From Verrucomicrobiales bacterium (GTDB taxonomy: Bacteria; Verrucomicrobiota; Verrucomicrobiia; Verrucomicrobiales; SLCJ01): a stretch of 64,000 nt of DNA. The position numbers and the translations under genes were made by a program. The notes below the pieces were generated by a model, which saw nothing but the letters and a program-made list of their open reading frames with translations, searched no databases and was not told the origin of the DNA. This document shows positions 1-9,870 of this stretch, one piece after another; positions within the stretch are counted from its first letter, which is position 1, and the number at the start of each line of letters is the position of its first letter. Location of the stretch: contig JBJTQJ010000004.1 of the NCBI GenBank assembly GCA_046075565.1, positions 1 through 64,000 of the forward strand, in the 5' to 3' direction.

Positions 1-68
1 GTTCCCGCCAAGACAAGAAAAAGAAAAATCCCGCTTGCCAAGAATCAAATATCGGCATATAGTGATAC

Positions 69-2519
69 ATGACAATATCGAACACCAAAATCGTGGTTGT
101 GGGCGGGGTGGCTGCCGGAGCGTCGTTCGCCGCCCGGGCGCGGAGGTTGTCGGAATCGGCGGCCATCACGCTGGTCGAGCGGGGCCCGGACGTTTCGTTC
201 GCAAACTGCGGACTGCCCTATTTCGTCGGCGGCGAGATTTCCGATCGTTCCCGATTGGCCTTGCAGACCCCGAAGTCGTTGGCGGAGATGCTGGCCATCT
301 AGGTCCGGGCTGGCACGGAGGTGGTCTCGATTGACCGGGCGTCAAAGTCGGTGCGGGTGAAACGCCTGTCCGATGGCGAGGAACAGACCTTGGCCTACGA
401 CAAACTGGTGCTGGCTCCGGGAGCCGCTCCCTTGCGACCGCCACTGCCCGGGATCAACTCCCGCCGCATTCTCACGTTGCGCAACCTTCAGGATATGGAT
501 GCCATTGTCGCGGCGGCGGCTGGTGCCAAACACGCACTGATCATCGGCGCTGGCTTCATCGGATTGGAAATGGCGGAACAGCTGGTGCGCTTGGGCAAGA
601 CCGTCGAGTTGGTCGAGCAGCAGCAGCAAGTTCTCCCGCAACTCGATCCGGAAATGACCACCCAGATTTTGGCGTGGTTGCAAATGAATGGTGTTGCCGT
701 CACGCTCGGGGATGGCATTGCCGGCTTCGAAGAAAGCTCTTCTGGAATCTCCGCCACCCTGCAGAGCGGTCGCCGCATTGAGACGGATTTAGTGATTCTT
801 TCCATCGGTGTGCGCCCGGAAAGCCGCCTCGCTTCTGAAGCGGGCTTGACCCTTGGGGCCCGCGGAACCATCGCGGTGAATGAATGGATGCAAACCAGCG
901 ATCCGGATATACATGCTGCCGGCGACGTCGTGGAATCCCGCGATCGTCTCACCGGCGAACCGATGAACCTTCCCATGGGTGGGCCAGCCAACCGCCAAGG
1001 CCGGGTCATCGCGGATCACTTGTTCTTGGGCGACAAAGCCCGTCCTTACCCCGGCCATATCGGCACCGCCATCGTCCGCGTATTCGATGCCACGGCGGGC
1101 ATGACCGGATGGACGGAAAAACGCCTGCGCCAAGCCGGGCGGGCCTACCAAACGACCACGGTAACGGATAACAACCATGCCGGGTATTTTCCCGGCGCGG
1201 TTCCCGTGACCTTGAAGATTCTCTGGGAACCGGAAACCGGAAAACTTCTCGGTGCGCAATCCACCGGACCGGACGGCGTGGACAAACGTCTCGACGTGCT
1301 GGCTACCGCGCTGGCTGGTGGCCTCACCACCGCCGATTTGGTCCATCTGGAACTCAGTTAAGCGCCGCCCTTCGGAAGTGCCCGCGACGTCGTGAACACG
1401 GCCGGCTTCGCGGCGGAAAACCTGAGCGACGGCCTGGTCAATCCCGTGGCCGCCATGCCGGATGACCCCTCTCTCCAAATCCTTGATGTGCGTCCACCGA
1501 TGATGGCGGAAAACGATCCCATCCCCGGGTCGATCAATATCCCTTTCAAAGACCTGCGATCCAGACTCGGAGAGATCGACCGGACACGCCCGATTCTCGC
1601 GGTGTGCGCCCTTGGCAAGACCTCCTATTTCGCCTCGCGTGTCTTGTCACAAAACGGCTTCGCGGCCAAATCGCTGGTCGGCGGTTGGCGGCTCGTCGGC
1701 CGTGCCTCCGCCAAAGCCCCTATTTCCAAACCTGACAATTCATCACCAGTCCTCGCCGAATCCACCATGAAAACCACCACCCTTGATATCACGGGCCTCA
1801 TGTGCCCCGGCCCATTGCTCAAACTTCGCGAGGCCATGGATGCCATGGACTCCGGTGACTGCCTCGAAATCCGAGCCTCCGATCCGGGATTTGCCCGCGA
1901 CGTGGAAGCCTTCTGCAACACCACCGGCCACACCTTGCTCGGTCTGGAAAAATCCCAAGGCGTTCTCACCGCCCGCGTGCGGAAAGGTGCAGGTGTCAGC
2001 CCGGCCAAAATCTGCGCGGTGGGCGGCAACGCGGCGGTTGTCACCCCGAAATCCGGCGCCATCCTCGTTTGTTTCAGCGGCGAACTCGACAAGGCCATGG
2101 CCGCCTTTATCATCGCCACTGGAGCGGCCGCCATGGGCGGCAACGCCACCATCTTCTTCACCTTCTGGGGACTGAATGTCCTCCGCCGCGATAACCCGCC
2201 ACCGGTGCAGAAAGATCTGATGGGCAAAATGTTCGGCATGATGATGCCTCGTGGCGCGGATAAACTCCCGTTGTCCAACATGCACATGGCCGGCATGGGA
2301 ACGGCCATGATGAAATACCGCATGGGTTCCAAGAATCTCCCCAACCTGCCTGGATTGATCGATGCCGCCCGCAAGGCTGGTGTGCGTATGCTCGCCTGCT
2401 CGATGAGCATGGAAGCCATGGGAATCACCCTCGAAGAACTGGTGGATGGAGTCGAAGTCGGTGGAGTGGCCGACATGCTTTCCTGCTCGGCCACCAGCGC
2501 CACCTCGATGTTTATTTGA
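69..2519 (+). pseudogene. CoA-disulfide/persulfide reductase fused to rhodanese, TusA/SirA and DsrE-like domains; about 816 codons interrupted by in-frame TAG (300-302) and TAA (1359-1361)
   Basis: ORFs 69-302, 321-1361 and 1392-2519 are in one frame. Motifs GGVAAG (FAD), SFANCGLPY (active Cys), GAGFIGLE (NAD), LELS*APPF, rhodanese loop VCALGKTS, TusA CPGP, DsrE FFTFWGL and CSMSM. The stops may be sequence artefacts. Confidence 0.9.
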
Positions 2520-2597
2520 GTTTCATAGCAACTCGATTCTCTGCGCACATGTCCGGTGGTTAAAGGGATTGAAATGCTTATCCTGGCGCGTAAGCCC

Positions 2598-2689
2598 GTA
2601 GCGGCACCGCTTCCGGTGCCGGACGAAGGAAGCTCCACCTCCTCCGGGCCACGATGTCCCCACCCCGGAACGCGAAGGCGTTCCGCTAC
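2598..2689. repeat. Inverted GTAG-type REP doublet (REPIN-like)
   Basis: GTAG-CGGCACCG-CTTC-CGGTGCCG at 2598-2621 (+) and GTAG-CGGAACGC-CTTC-GCGTTCCG at 2666-2689 (-), 44-nt spacer, intergenic. Confidence 0.75.
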
Positions 2690-2835
2690 AAAGAGAAATC
2701 CTTAACCTGAAGCGCATGCGCTCAGAGACGATGCGAAGGAGATAATCAAACATTACACCAACGAGGCAGCAGACATTTCGCAGTCCGGCAAGCCACGGTT
2801 GAATGTTGGCGAGATATGGGGGTAAATATTGCCCC

Positions 2836-3171
2836 ATGGACTTACCCGATGTGATCGACCATTTCCTCTCCAAAACCGGCGCGGAGGAAACGATGCCCTT
2901 TGGTCCCGATGTCCTCGTTTACAAGGTCGGGGGAAAAATGTTTGCCCTCGCCATCCCGGATGATTGCCCTCCCCGCGTCAACCTGAAGTGCGACCCCGAA
3001 AGGGCCATCGATTTGCGCGACCGTTTCGAATCGATACTACCCGGTTATCACATGAATAAAAAGCACTGGAACACCATTCTGTTGGACGGTTCCGTGCCCT
3101 CGGCCCTGATCCGAGAGATGGTCGACCATTCCTACTGCCTGGTCTCCACAAAAGGGAAGAAGCAGAAATAG
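2836..3171 (+). CDS. MmcQ/YjbR family DNA-binding protein
   Basis: PFGPDVLVYKVGGKMFA, NLKCDP, PGYHMNKKHWNT motifs; ATG at 2836. Confidence 0.92.
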   Translation: MDLPDVIDHFLSKTGAEETMPFGPDVLVYKVGGKMFALAIPDDCPPRVNLKCDPERAIDLRDRFESILPGYHMNKKHWNTILLDGSVPSALIREMVDHSYCLVSTKGKKQK

Positions 3172-3381
3172 CTCTTTCCACAATGCCCGGGTGCCCCGTC
3201 CACCAGGCGACGCCCCAGCCCGACCCAACCAATTTTCCGCTTGCCCAGCCCCCGCCAGCGCGGGTTTTCCGGTCTTGTGTCTTGAGTCTTTGAGCGAAGC
3301 GATCTTGCGTCTTCTCCCCCCTTTCGCCTTGCGCCCCACCCCCATATCGCCCATGTTTGCCGTCCGACCTGACACCCGCCC

Positions 3382-4098
3382 ATGCAGCCGATTTACGAAG
3401 GGAAATCCAAGCGCCTTTTTGCCACCGACAACCCGGACGAGCTCCTCATGGAGTTCAAGGACGACGCCACCGCCTTTAATGCCGCCAAAAAAGCGGTTTT
3501 TGCCGACAAAGGCCGCCTGAATTGCGCGATCAGCAGTCTGATTTATGGCATGCTGGAGAAGGAAGGGGTGCCCACCCACTTTCTCCGCGCCGCCGGGGAC
3601 ACCGCCGTGGTCGTGAAAAAAGTCGAAATCCTCATGATCGAGGTGATCGTGCGCAACGTGGCCGCCGGAAGTTTCTGCAAACGCACCGGTATCGAGGAGG
3701 GCCGTCCGTTCTCCGAGCCGGTCATTGAATTTTCCCTCAAGAGCGACGAACTCGGCGACCCGCTCATCAACGACGACTACATCCGTGAACTCGGCCTCGC
3801 CACCCCGGAAGGCCTCGCCTTCCTCCGCCAGTCCGCCCTCACCGTCAACCGACTGCTCCAGGCATTTTTCCTCAAGGCGGGCCTGAAGCTGGTGGATTTC
3901 AAACTCGAATTCGGCCGCCTCGCCACCGACCCGTCGGTGATCGTGCTCGCTGACGAGATCTCTCCCGACGGTTGCCGCCTCTGGGACATCGCGACCGGCG
4001 AGAAGATGGACAAGGATCGCTTCCGCCGCGACCTCGGGAATGTCATGGAAAGTTATGCCGAAGTCCTCAAACGCGCCCAGCATGCCCTCGAAAATTGA
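3382..4098 (+). CDS. purC: SAICAR synthase
   Basis: YEGKSKRLF, FKDDATAFN, DFKLEFG, LADEISPD, DKDRFR. Confidence 0.97.
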   Translation: MQPIYEGKSKRLFATDNPDELLMEFKDDATAFNAAKKAVFADKGRLNCAISSLIYGMLEKEGVPTHFLRAAGDTAVVVKKVEILMIEVIVRNVAAGSFCKRTGIEEGRPFSEPVIEFSLKSDELGDPLINDDYIRELGLATPEGLAFLRQSALTVNRLLQAFFLKAGLKLVDFKLEFGRLATDPSVIVLADEISPDGCRLWDIATGEKMDKDRFRRDLGNVMESYAEVLKRAQHALEN

Positions 4099-4537
4099 GA
4101 TCACCAACCGGTTCGCCCATCCCGAAGACGCGAACAAACTGCTCTACACGCCCCGCCCCCGGGCGATCACCTTCCGGCGCACGAAGGTTTATCTGTGCGA
4201 AGTCGAAGGAGACGAAGCCGCCTTCCAAGCCTGGATGCGCCGCGTCTTGCTCGACGAAGTGAGCCAGGACCTGCACGCCGGCGAGGCCCCCGCCCTCGGC
4301 GGCACCCAGCTCGTGCTCGAATACGGCATGAAACCCGGCGCCCTCGATCACGAACGCGAAATGATCCTCGAGGAATACCACCGCGAAGGCGATAACAAAC
4401 TCGGATTCAACCTGCGTGACCTCAAACTCCGCACCCGCCTTTACCTCACCGCCGCCGACGGCCATGCCGTCGATCCGGCGCCATTCATCAAGGATATCGT
4501 CAATCCAGCCGTGCACACCCACCGCGTCGTCGCCTGA
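4082..4537 (+). CDS. PurS-like subunit (about 151 aa, double length) of FGAM synthetase
   Basis: Between purC (overlapping) and purL; MKPGALD and IVNP resemble PurS motifs; host-like codon usage. Confidence 0.6.
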   Translation: MPSKIEITNRFAHPEDANKLLYTPRPRAITFRRTKVYLCEVEGDEAAFQAWMRRVLLDEVSQDLHAGEAPALGGTQLVLEYGMKPGALDHEREMILEEYHREGDNKLGFNLRDLKLRTRLYLTAADGHAVDPAPFIKDIVNPAVHTHRVVA

Positions 4538-4572
4538 ATTTTTCCATTTTTCCCCGCTCCGCCTAACAAGCC

Positions 4573-6963
4573 ATGTTTACCACCGAGGCCCGTTACCGCC
4601 ACATCCCCGTCCGTGAACTCGACGGCGACGCCCTGCTCGCCCTGAGCAAGGAGATGAAACTTTCCTTGAGCCGGGAAGACATGCTGGCCGTGCAGCAGTA
4701 TTACAACGAAGCCGGGCGCGAACCAACGGACGTCGAACTCGAAGTGATCGCCCAGACCTGGAGCGAGCATTGCAAACACCGCATCTTCGGAGCACTCATC
4801 GAACACGAAACTGAAAAAGGTCCCGAAACTGTGGACGGGCTTTTCAAAACGTTCATCCGCAAGCCATCGGAAGCAATCTTCGCGGCCAAACCCGGCTTCG
4901 TGCTTTCCGCCTTCCATGACAATGCCGGCTTCATCCGCCTCGATGACGACAAGGCCGTCTGCCTTAAAGCCGAAACCCACAACCATCCCTCCGCCATTGA
5001 ACCCTACGCCGGAGCGAACACCGGCCTAGGCGGTGTGATCCGCGATATCCTCGGTGCCGGCAAAGGCGCCAAGCCCATCGCCTCACTCGATGTCTTCTGC
5101 TTCGGCGCGCCCGATACCGCCCCCCAGGCCATCAAGGCCAAGGATGTCATCCACCCGCTTGGGGTCATGCGCGGTGTCGTGCGAGGCGTGCGCGACTACG
5201 GCAACCGCATGGGTATCCCAACCGTCAATGGGGCCATCCAGTTCGACGAGACTTTCATTTACAATCCGCTCGTGTTCTGCGGCACAGCCGGCGTCATTCC
5301 GATTAAAGATATCGACAAACAAATGCGCGCGGGTCTGACCGTCATTGCCGTGGGCGGTCGCACCGGCCGCGACGGACTGAAAGGCGCGACGTTCTCTTCC
5401 GCCGAATTGACCGGCGACAGTCACGCTGAAGACCAAAGTGCCGTGCAGATCGGGAATCCGATCGAAGAGAAGAAGGTGGCGGACTTCATTCTCGCCTCCC
5501 GCTCCGAAGGACTCATCGAATTTGTCACCGACTGCGGTGCCGGTGGATTCTCCAGCGCGGCCGGAGAGATGCTCAGCGAAACCGGCGGCGAGATTTTCCT
5601 CGAGCGCGTCCCGCTCAAGGAACCCGGTCTTTCCTCCTGGCAGGTTTTCCTTTCCGAAAGCCAAGAGCGTATGGTGCTCGCGGTGGAAGCCGCCAGCCTG
5701 CCCCGCTTGCGTGAACTCGCCGACATTTACGAGACCGAACTGACCGAACTCGGGCAGTCCGATGGATCCGGCATCCTCAAGGTCTGGCATCATAGCGAAT
5801 TGGTTTGCGAACTCGATTGCCCGAAACTCCACGACGCCCCGCGCCGCCAGATGAAGGCCCAATGGATTCGCGCGACCACGGAAGATGCGCCCGATTTCAC
5901 GCCACCCGGTTCGCCAGTCGAGTGCCTGCGCACCCTGCTCGCCGACTTCGCCATTTGCTCGCGTGCGCCGGTCATCCGCGAATACGATCACGAAGTGCAA
6001 GGCAATACCCTTCTGAAACCCCTCGCCGGAGCCACGGGCGATGCGCCGCAAGATGGCAGTGTGATCGAGATCGACGGCTCCACCCGCTCCATGGCCATGG
6101 CCCTCTCGCTCCTGCCCGAGTGGGGAAAATCCGATCCCTACCGCATGGGCCTCGCCGTCGTGGACGAATGTGTGCGCCAGCTCGTTCTGGTCGGAGCCAA
6201 TCCCGATAAATTGGGTCTGCTCGATAACTTCTGCGTTGGCAACCCGAATGACCCGCGTGAACTCGGTGCGCTTGTGGAAACGACCAAAGGCATCTCCGCC
6301 GCCGCCGCCGCCTTCGCCGCACCTTTCATCTCGGGCAAAGATTCATTCTACAACTACTTCATCACCGACGAAGGACCCGTCTCCATCCCGACAACCATCC
6401 TGCTCAGCGGGATCGGCATCGTCGAATCGTCGTCCCACGTGACCGGCTCATCGCTGCGCCGCTCCGGAAGCACGCTTGTTCTGTTAGGAAAAGTCAGCGC
6501 TCCTCTCGGGGGCAGTGTCTTCGCACGCCATGCCGGATTGCGTGGAGCCACCGTGCCCGATACGGACTCGTCCGCCAACTTCCGCCTCTATCGCGCATAC
6601 GCCGCCGCGCGGGATGCCGGACTCGTCCTCAGCGCCCACGATGTTTCTGAAGGCGGCCTTGCCGTCGCCTTGGCCGAAATGGGCTTCTCTCTCGCCGCCG
6701 GACTCGACATCGATCTTCCCGGCGCCGATGATGTCCATACCGCCCTCTTCCACGAAGGCACCGGACGCATCATCGCCGAAGTGGCTGAAGAAAACATGGA
6801 TCAACTCCTCGATCTCTTCCGTGACCTGCCCTTGACCATCCTCGGCCAAACGACTACCGAGCACCGCGAATTGCGCATCGTGCGCGCCGATGAACCCGTG
6901 CTCGCCGCCGCTCTCGCCGAGCTGAAGGAAATCTGGTCCTCACGCCTCGCCGAGTATTACTGA
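4573..6963 (+). CDS. purL: Phosphoribosylformylglycinamidine synthase subunit PurL (no glutaminase domain)
   Basis: QTWSEHCKH, ETHNHPSAIEPYAGANTGLGGVIRD, DCGAGG, SESQERM, HDVSEGGL. Confidence 0.97.
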   Translation: MFTTEARYRHIPVRELDGDALLALSKEMKLSLSREDMLAVQQYYNEAGREPTDVELEVIAQTWSEHCKHRIFGALIEHETEKGPETVDGLFKTFIRKPSEAIFAAKPGFVLSAFHDNAGFIRLDDDKAVCLKAETHNHPSAIEPYAGANTGLGGVIRDILGAGKGAKPIASLDVFCFGAPDTAPQAIKAKDVIHPLGVMRGVVRGVRDYGNRMGIPTVNGAIQFDETFIYNPLVFCGTAGVIPIKDIDKQMRAGLTVIAVGGRTGRDGLKGATFSSAELTGDSHAEDQSAVQIGNPIEEKKVADFILASRSEGLIEFVTDCGAGGFSSAAGEMLSETGGEIFLERVPLKEPGLSSWQVFLSESQERMVLAVEAASLPRLRELADIYETELTELGQSDGSGILKVWHHSELVCELDCPKLHDAPRRQMKAQWIRATTEDAPDFTPPGSPVECLRTLLADFAICSRAPVIREYDHEVQGNTLLKPLAGATGDAPQDGSVIEIDGSTRSMAMALSLLPEWGKSDPYRMGLAVVDECVRQLVLVGANPDKLGLLDNFCVGNPNDPRELGALVETTKGISAAAAAFAAPFISGKDSFYNYFITDEGPVSIPTTILLSGIGIVESSSHVTGSSLRRSGSTLVLLGKVSAPLGGSVFARHAGLRGATVPDTDSSANFRLYRAYAAARDAGLVLSAHDVSEGGLAVALAEMGFSLAAGLDIDLPGADDVHTALFHEGTGRIIAEVAEENMDQLLDLFRDLPLTILGQTTTEHRELRIVRADEPVLAAALAELKEIWSSRLAEYY

Positions 6964-7185
6964 GGGCCCCGCGCAGAAACGCGAGATCTTCCGAGCGGGT
7001 TCGTCGGGAGTTTTCGAGATCCTGGTTTTCTCCGGCCGGTTGCGGCTTCCACCTGCGACAGTCACCACGCGAATGTTCGGAGCAACCACAATCCTGTGGT
7101 TGCAGAAGATGCGGGGAAGATGGCACTCCATGCGTCGCTCTCCATCGAGCAGTTCGTCCCTTTCAGTTCCAGGTTTCGTGGGCGG

Positions 7186-7611
7186 TCATTGTCCATTTTC
7201 TTCACTACTCCCCTGGGCTTCTCTGAGCCGACTTAAGGCAGCTTCAGCACGCTCCTGCGCCTCTTTCGCACGCCGTCTGACTTCTTCGTCTGAAATCTCT
7301 GTTTCGATTCCATAAAACCATGGAGCCGACTTGTGCAAGAAATAAGACGACTGGCCGGTCAGTGGGCGCCCGGCAGCAAATTGCCCTGCCCGATGAAGCA
7401 AGTAATGGTGTGCGTCCAAGAAAATCTTTGGCCCATAAGGGTCGGAGGTCCAAGCGAATACACCCGAGAAGAAAGGGAGCAGCAGATAAATCATGAGAAC
7501 TGAGATCGAAACGGACGCAATCAACCGCCTGTTCTTGCTTGGATATTTGTCTTTTATTCGCTTTTCAGAGATTCCAACAGACCGTGGCCTACATAGGCTT
7601 TCATGCCCCAC
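7186..7611 (-). CDS. Hypothetical single-pass membrane protein in a lower-GC patch
   Basis: 141-aa ORF with a hydrophobic stretch (LIASVSISVLMIYLLLPFF) and charged helical C-terminus; start uncertain; no family recognised. Confidence 0.4.
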   Translation of the reverse strand: MGHESLCRPRSVGISEKRIKDKYPSKNRRLIASVSISVLMIYLLLPFFSGVFAWTSDPYGPKIFLDAHHYLLHRAGQFAAGRPLTGQSSYFLHKSAPWFYGIETEISDEEVRRRAKEAQERAEAALSRLREAQGSSEENGQ

Positions 7612-7829
7612 CCATTATTAAAGGCGTTCTTATCAGTTCGTCAAAGTGTCCGTCCCTTTATGCTCCGAACGCTCCGAACCAGATCCCGAATCTCTGCTTG
7701 CTCAAGGAAGGCTTGCCTGCGGTAGCCACCGAGAGCCACTCAATAGGAGAATTTTCACCGCATTACGAAAATATTTCTTGCGTATTCGGAATTTTCAGTA
7801 ATTAGTGAAATACAGAAGGAGGTTTCCCT

Positions 7830-8285
7830 ATAAAATTACCGGAGGAAGTCAGACGCATCGAGGTATTCTACGACGGGCGCTGCGGGATGTGTTGCACGTT
7901 CCACGAGTGGATCAACCGCCAACCCCGCGCCTTCGGGGTTGATTTTGTTCCCTACCAATCGGATCGGGCGGAGCGCATCTTTCCCGGGATTGGCACACTC
8001 GATCCGGCCCGTGAGATGGTCGTCCGGACGGACCGCGTGGAGGTTTTCCGCGGAGCCGAGGCGTGGGTCATGTGTTTGCTGAGTTGTGCTAACCATCAGG
8101 GCGCGGCCCGCCGATTGGCCGGTCCCGCCCTGCTGCCGGTAGCCGTCAGGGCCTGCCGCATTCTCGCCGCCAACCGTCATTCGCTTAGCAAGGTATTCTT
8201 CAGCAGCAAGGACAAGGAAGTGCGCGAGACCCTGCACCATATGGAAATGCCAGCATGCGAGGACGGGGTTTGCCCGGTGAAGTGA
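7830..8285 (+). CDS. DCC1-like thiol-disulfide oxidoreductase (DUF393), apparent ATA start
   Basis: VFYDGRCGMC (DxxCxxC) lies upstream of the first ATG; SD AAGGAGGT (7816-7823) precedes in-frame ATA at 7830; in-frame TGA at 7806-7808 closes the frame upstream. Confidence 0.8.
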   Translation: MKLPEEVRRIEVFYDGRCGMCCTFHEWINRQPRAFGVDFVPYQSDRAERIFPGIGTLDPAREMVVRTDRVEVFRGAEAWVMCLLSCANHQGAARRLAGPALLPVAVRACRILAANRHSLSKVFFSSKDKEVRETLHHMEMPACEDGVCPVK

Positions 8286-8432
8286 AGGCAAAGCATGGTG
8301 ATTGAGCCTTGCCCGGACATCTTCTCCCACCTTGGGAAAGAGCCGGTTTTGGCGACGGATCGATTTTCCTAGCGTGGTCCGAGCCACCCGCCTATGTTCG
8401 GGAGAAACGACCCCAGCCCATTCAATAACACC

Positions 8433-9464
8433 ATGATCGCGAGCGGAAAAATCTTTATTGGCATTGATAGCGGAGCGACCACCTCGAAGGTAGCGGCGGT
8501 CCGTGGCGACGGTTCCTTCGTCTCGATGGATCTGCTGCAGCGGTCCACCAACTCGGCAGCAGGTCCGTCTGGAGTGATTGAAGCGTGGATGAACCTTATC
8601 GGCGAGTTTTTGCAATCAAACGACATCCACTGGGACATGGTCGGAGGCGTCGGCCTGGCGGTTCCCGGGCCGAGGCGAAGCTACGGCGTGCTGGATGTTT
8701 CCCCGAATCTGCCCGCCAATTTCGGAGGGTGGAATGTCGAGGAGGATTTGGGGGCGGCTTTGCTCAAAGCCAGTGGCCGGTATCTTCCGCTCGCACTCGG
8801 GAACGACGGGAACTTTGGTGGCGTCGCCGAAGCCGCCCGGGCTCGTGGAGAAGGTCGAGGAGCGGTTGTCATGCTCGCTCCGGGATCGGGATTGGGCGGT
8901 GCCTTTGTCGATGGCAACGGACTGCCGCTAGATGGCGATACGTTGGCGGGAATGGAAGTCGGCCACCTTGCCGCGCCGTTGCATTTGCTGGGAGTGCCAG
9001 CGTATCCCTGCGGATGTGGCCGAGCCTGGGGGTGCTACGAGGTTTATACCAGTCTCGCGGGTTTGCCCTATCTGCTCGAAGCGGCGCTTCCTCGTTATCC
9101 CGATCATCCGTTGGCCACGGCCACGGGCACGCCAAAAGAAAAGGCCCTCTCCCTGCGCGGCCTCGCACAAAAGGAGGATCCACTCGCGCTCGAACTCTTC
9201 GATCTCCAGGCAAAAGCCATGGGACTTCTCGTGGCCAATCTCGCCATGGCCGTGGACCCGGAGACTTATGTGATTGGCGGCGGTCTCATGGACCCCCATT
9301 CGACGACCGAAGCCTTCCGGGCCCGTTATCTGGGCATCCTCACCGAAACCGCCCGCACCTACCTTTGGCCGACTCAGAGGAAACAACTGCGCGTGATTCC
9401 GGCCTCCCTCGGAGAACTTTCCCAAGCGATCGGCGCGGCGCTGGTCGCGCTCTACCGCGCTTGA
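8433..9464 (+). CDS. ROK family sugar kinase
   Basis: IGIDSGATT, GVGLAVPG, NDGN, GSGLGG, EVGH and CGCGxxxGCxE zinc motif. Confidence 0.92.
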   Translation: MIASGKIFIGIDSGATTSKVAAVRGDGSFVSMDLLQRSTNSAAGPSGVIEAWMNLIGEFLQSNDIHWDMVGGVGLAVPGPRRSYGVLDVSPNLPANFGGWNVEEDLGAALLKASGRYLPLALGNDGNFGGVAEAARARGEGRGAVVMLAPGSGLGGAFVDGNGLPLDGDTLAGMEVGHLAAPLHLLGVPAYPCGCGRAWGCYEVYTSLAGLPYLLEAALPRYPDHPLATATGTPKEKALSLRGLAQKEDPLALELFDLQAKAMGLLVANLAMAVDPETYVIGGGLMDPHSTTEAFRARYLGILTETARTYLWPTQRKQLRVIPASLGELSQAIGAALVALYRA

Positions 9465-9519
9465 ACAGAAGCCGGATGTTATCTCGTCCGCAAAAACAAA
9501 ATCCCCCGAACACCGCTCC

Positions 9520-9822
9520 ATGGAAACTACCATCCTGAAGTGCCAGGGCTGCGGTGCCGGGCTCGAACGCCCCGCAAGCGGAAACGTCGTCAAATACCCC
9601 TATTGCCACACCGAGCAATTGCTTCCTGCGGCCGCGGCCGAGCCGATGCGGCCGGAAGACATCGCCGCAGCGCTGGACAAAGCCCGCGCATCGGGAGATC
9701 AATTGATGGACTCGGTTTTTCCGGGCGCTAGGATCCTCCGCGCGCTTTTTCCCATTATCTTCCTCGTCATCTTCGTCATTGCCGCGTTTGTGATCCTGAA
9801 AGTGCTTTTCTCGATGATGTGA
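9520..9822 (+). CDS. Small zinc-ribbon membrane protein
   Basis: CQGCGA...YPYC N-terminus (third Cys apparently replaced by Tyr), C-terminal TM helix. Confidence 0.7.
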   Translation: METTILKCQGCGAGLERPASGNVVKYPYCHTEQLLPAAAAEPMRPEDIAAALDKARASGDQLMDSVFPGARILRALFPIIFLVIFVIAAFVILKVLFSMM

Positions 9823-9870
9823 GAAGGCCGAGGAATCGTGCCGTGGTTGATGGCTTTTTGCAAAGTTCTT

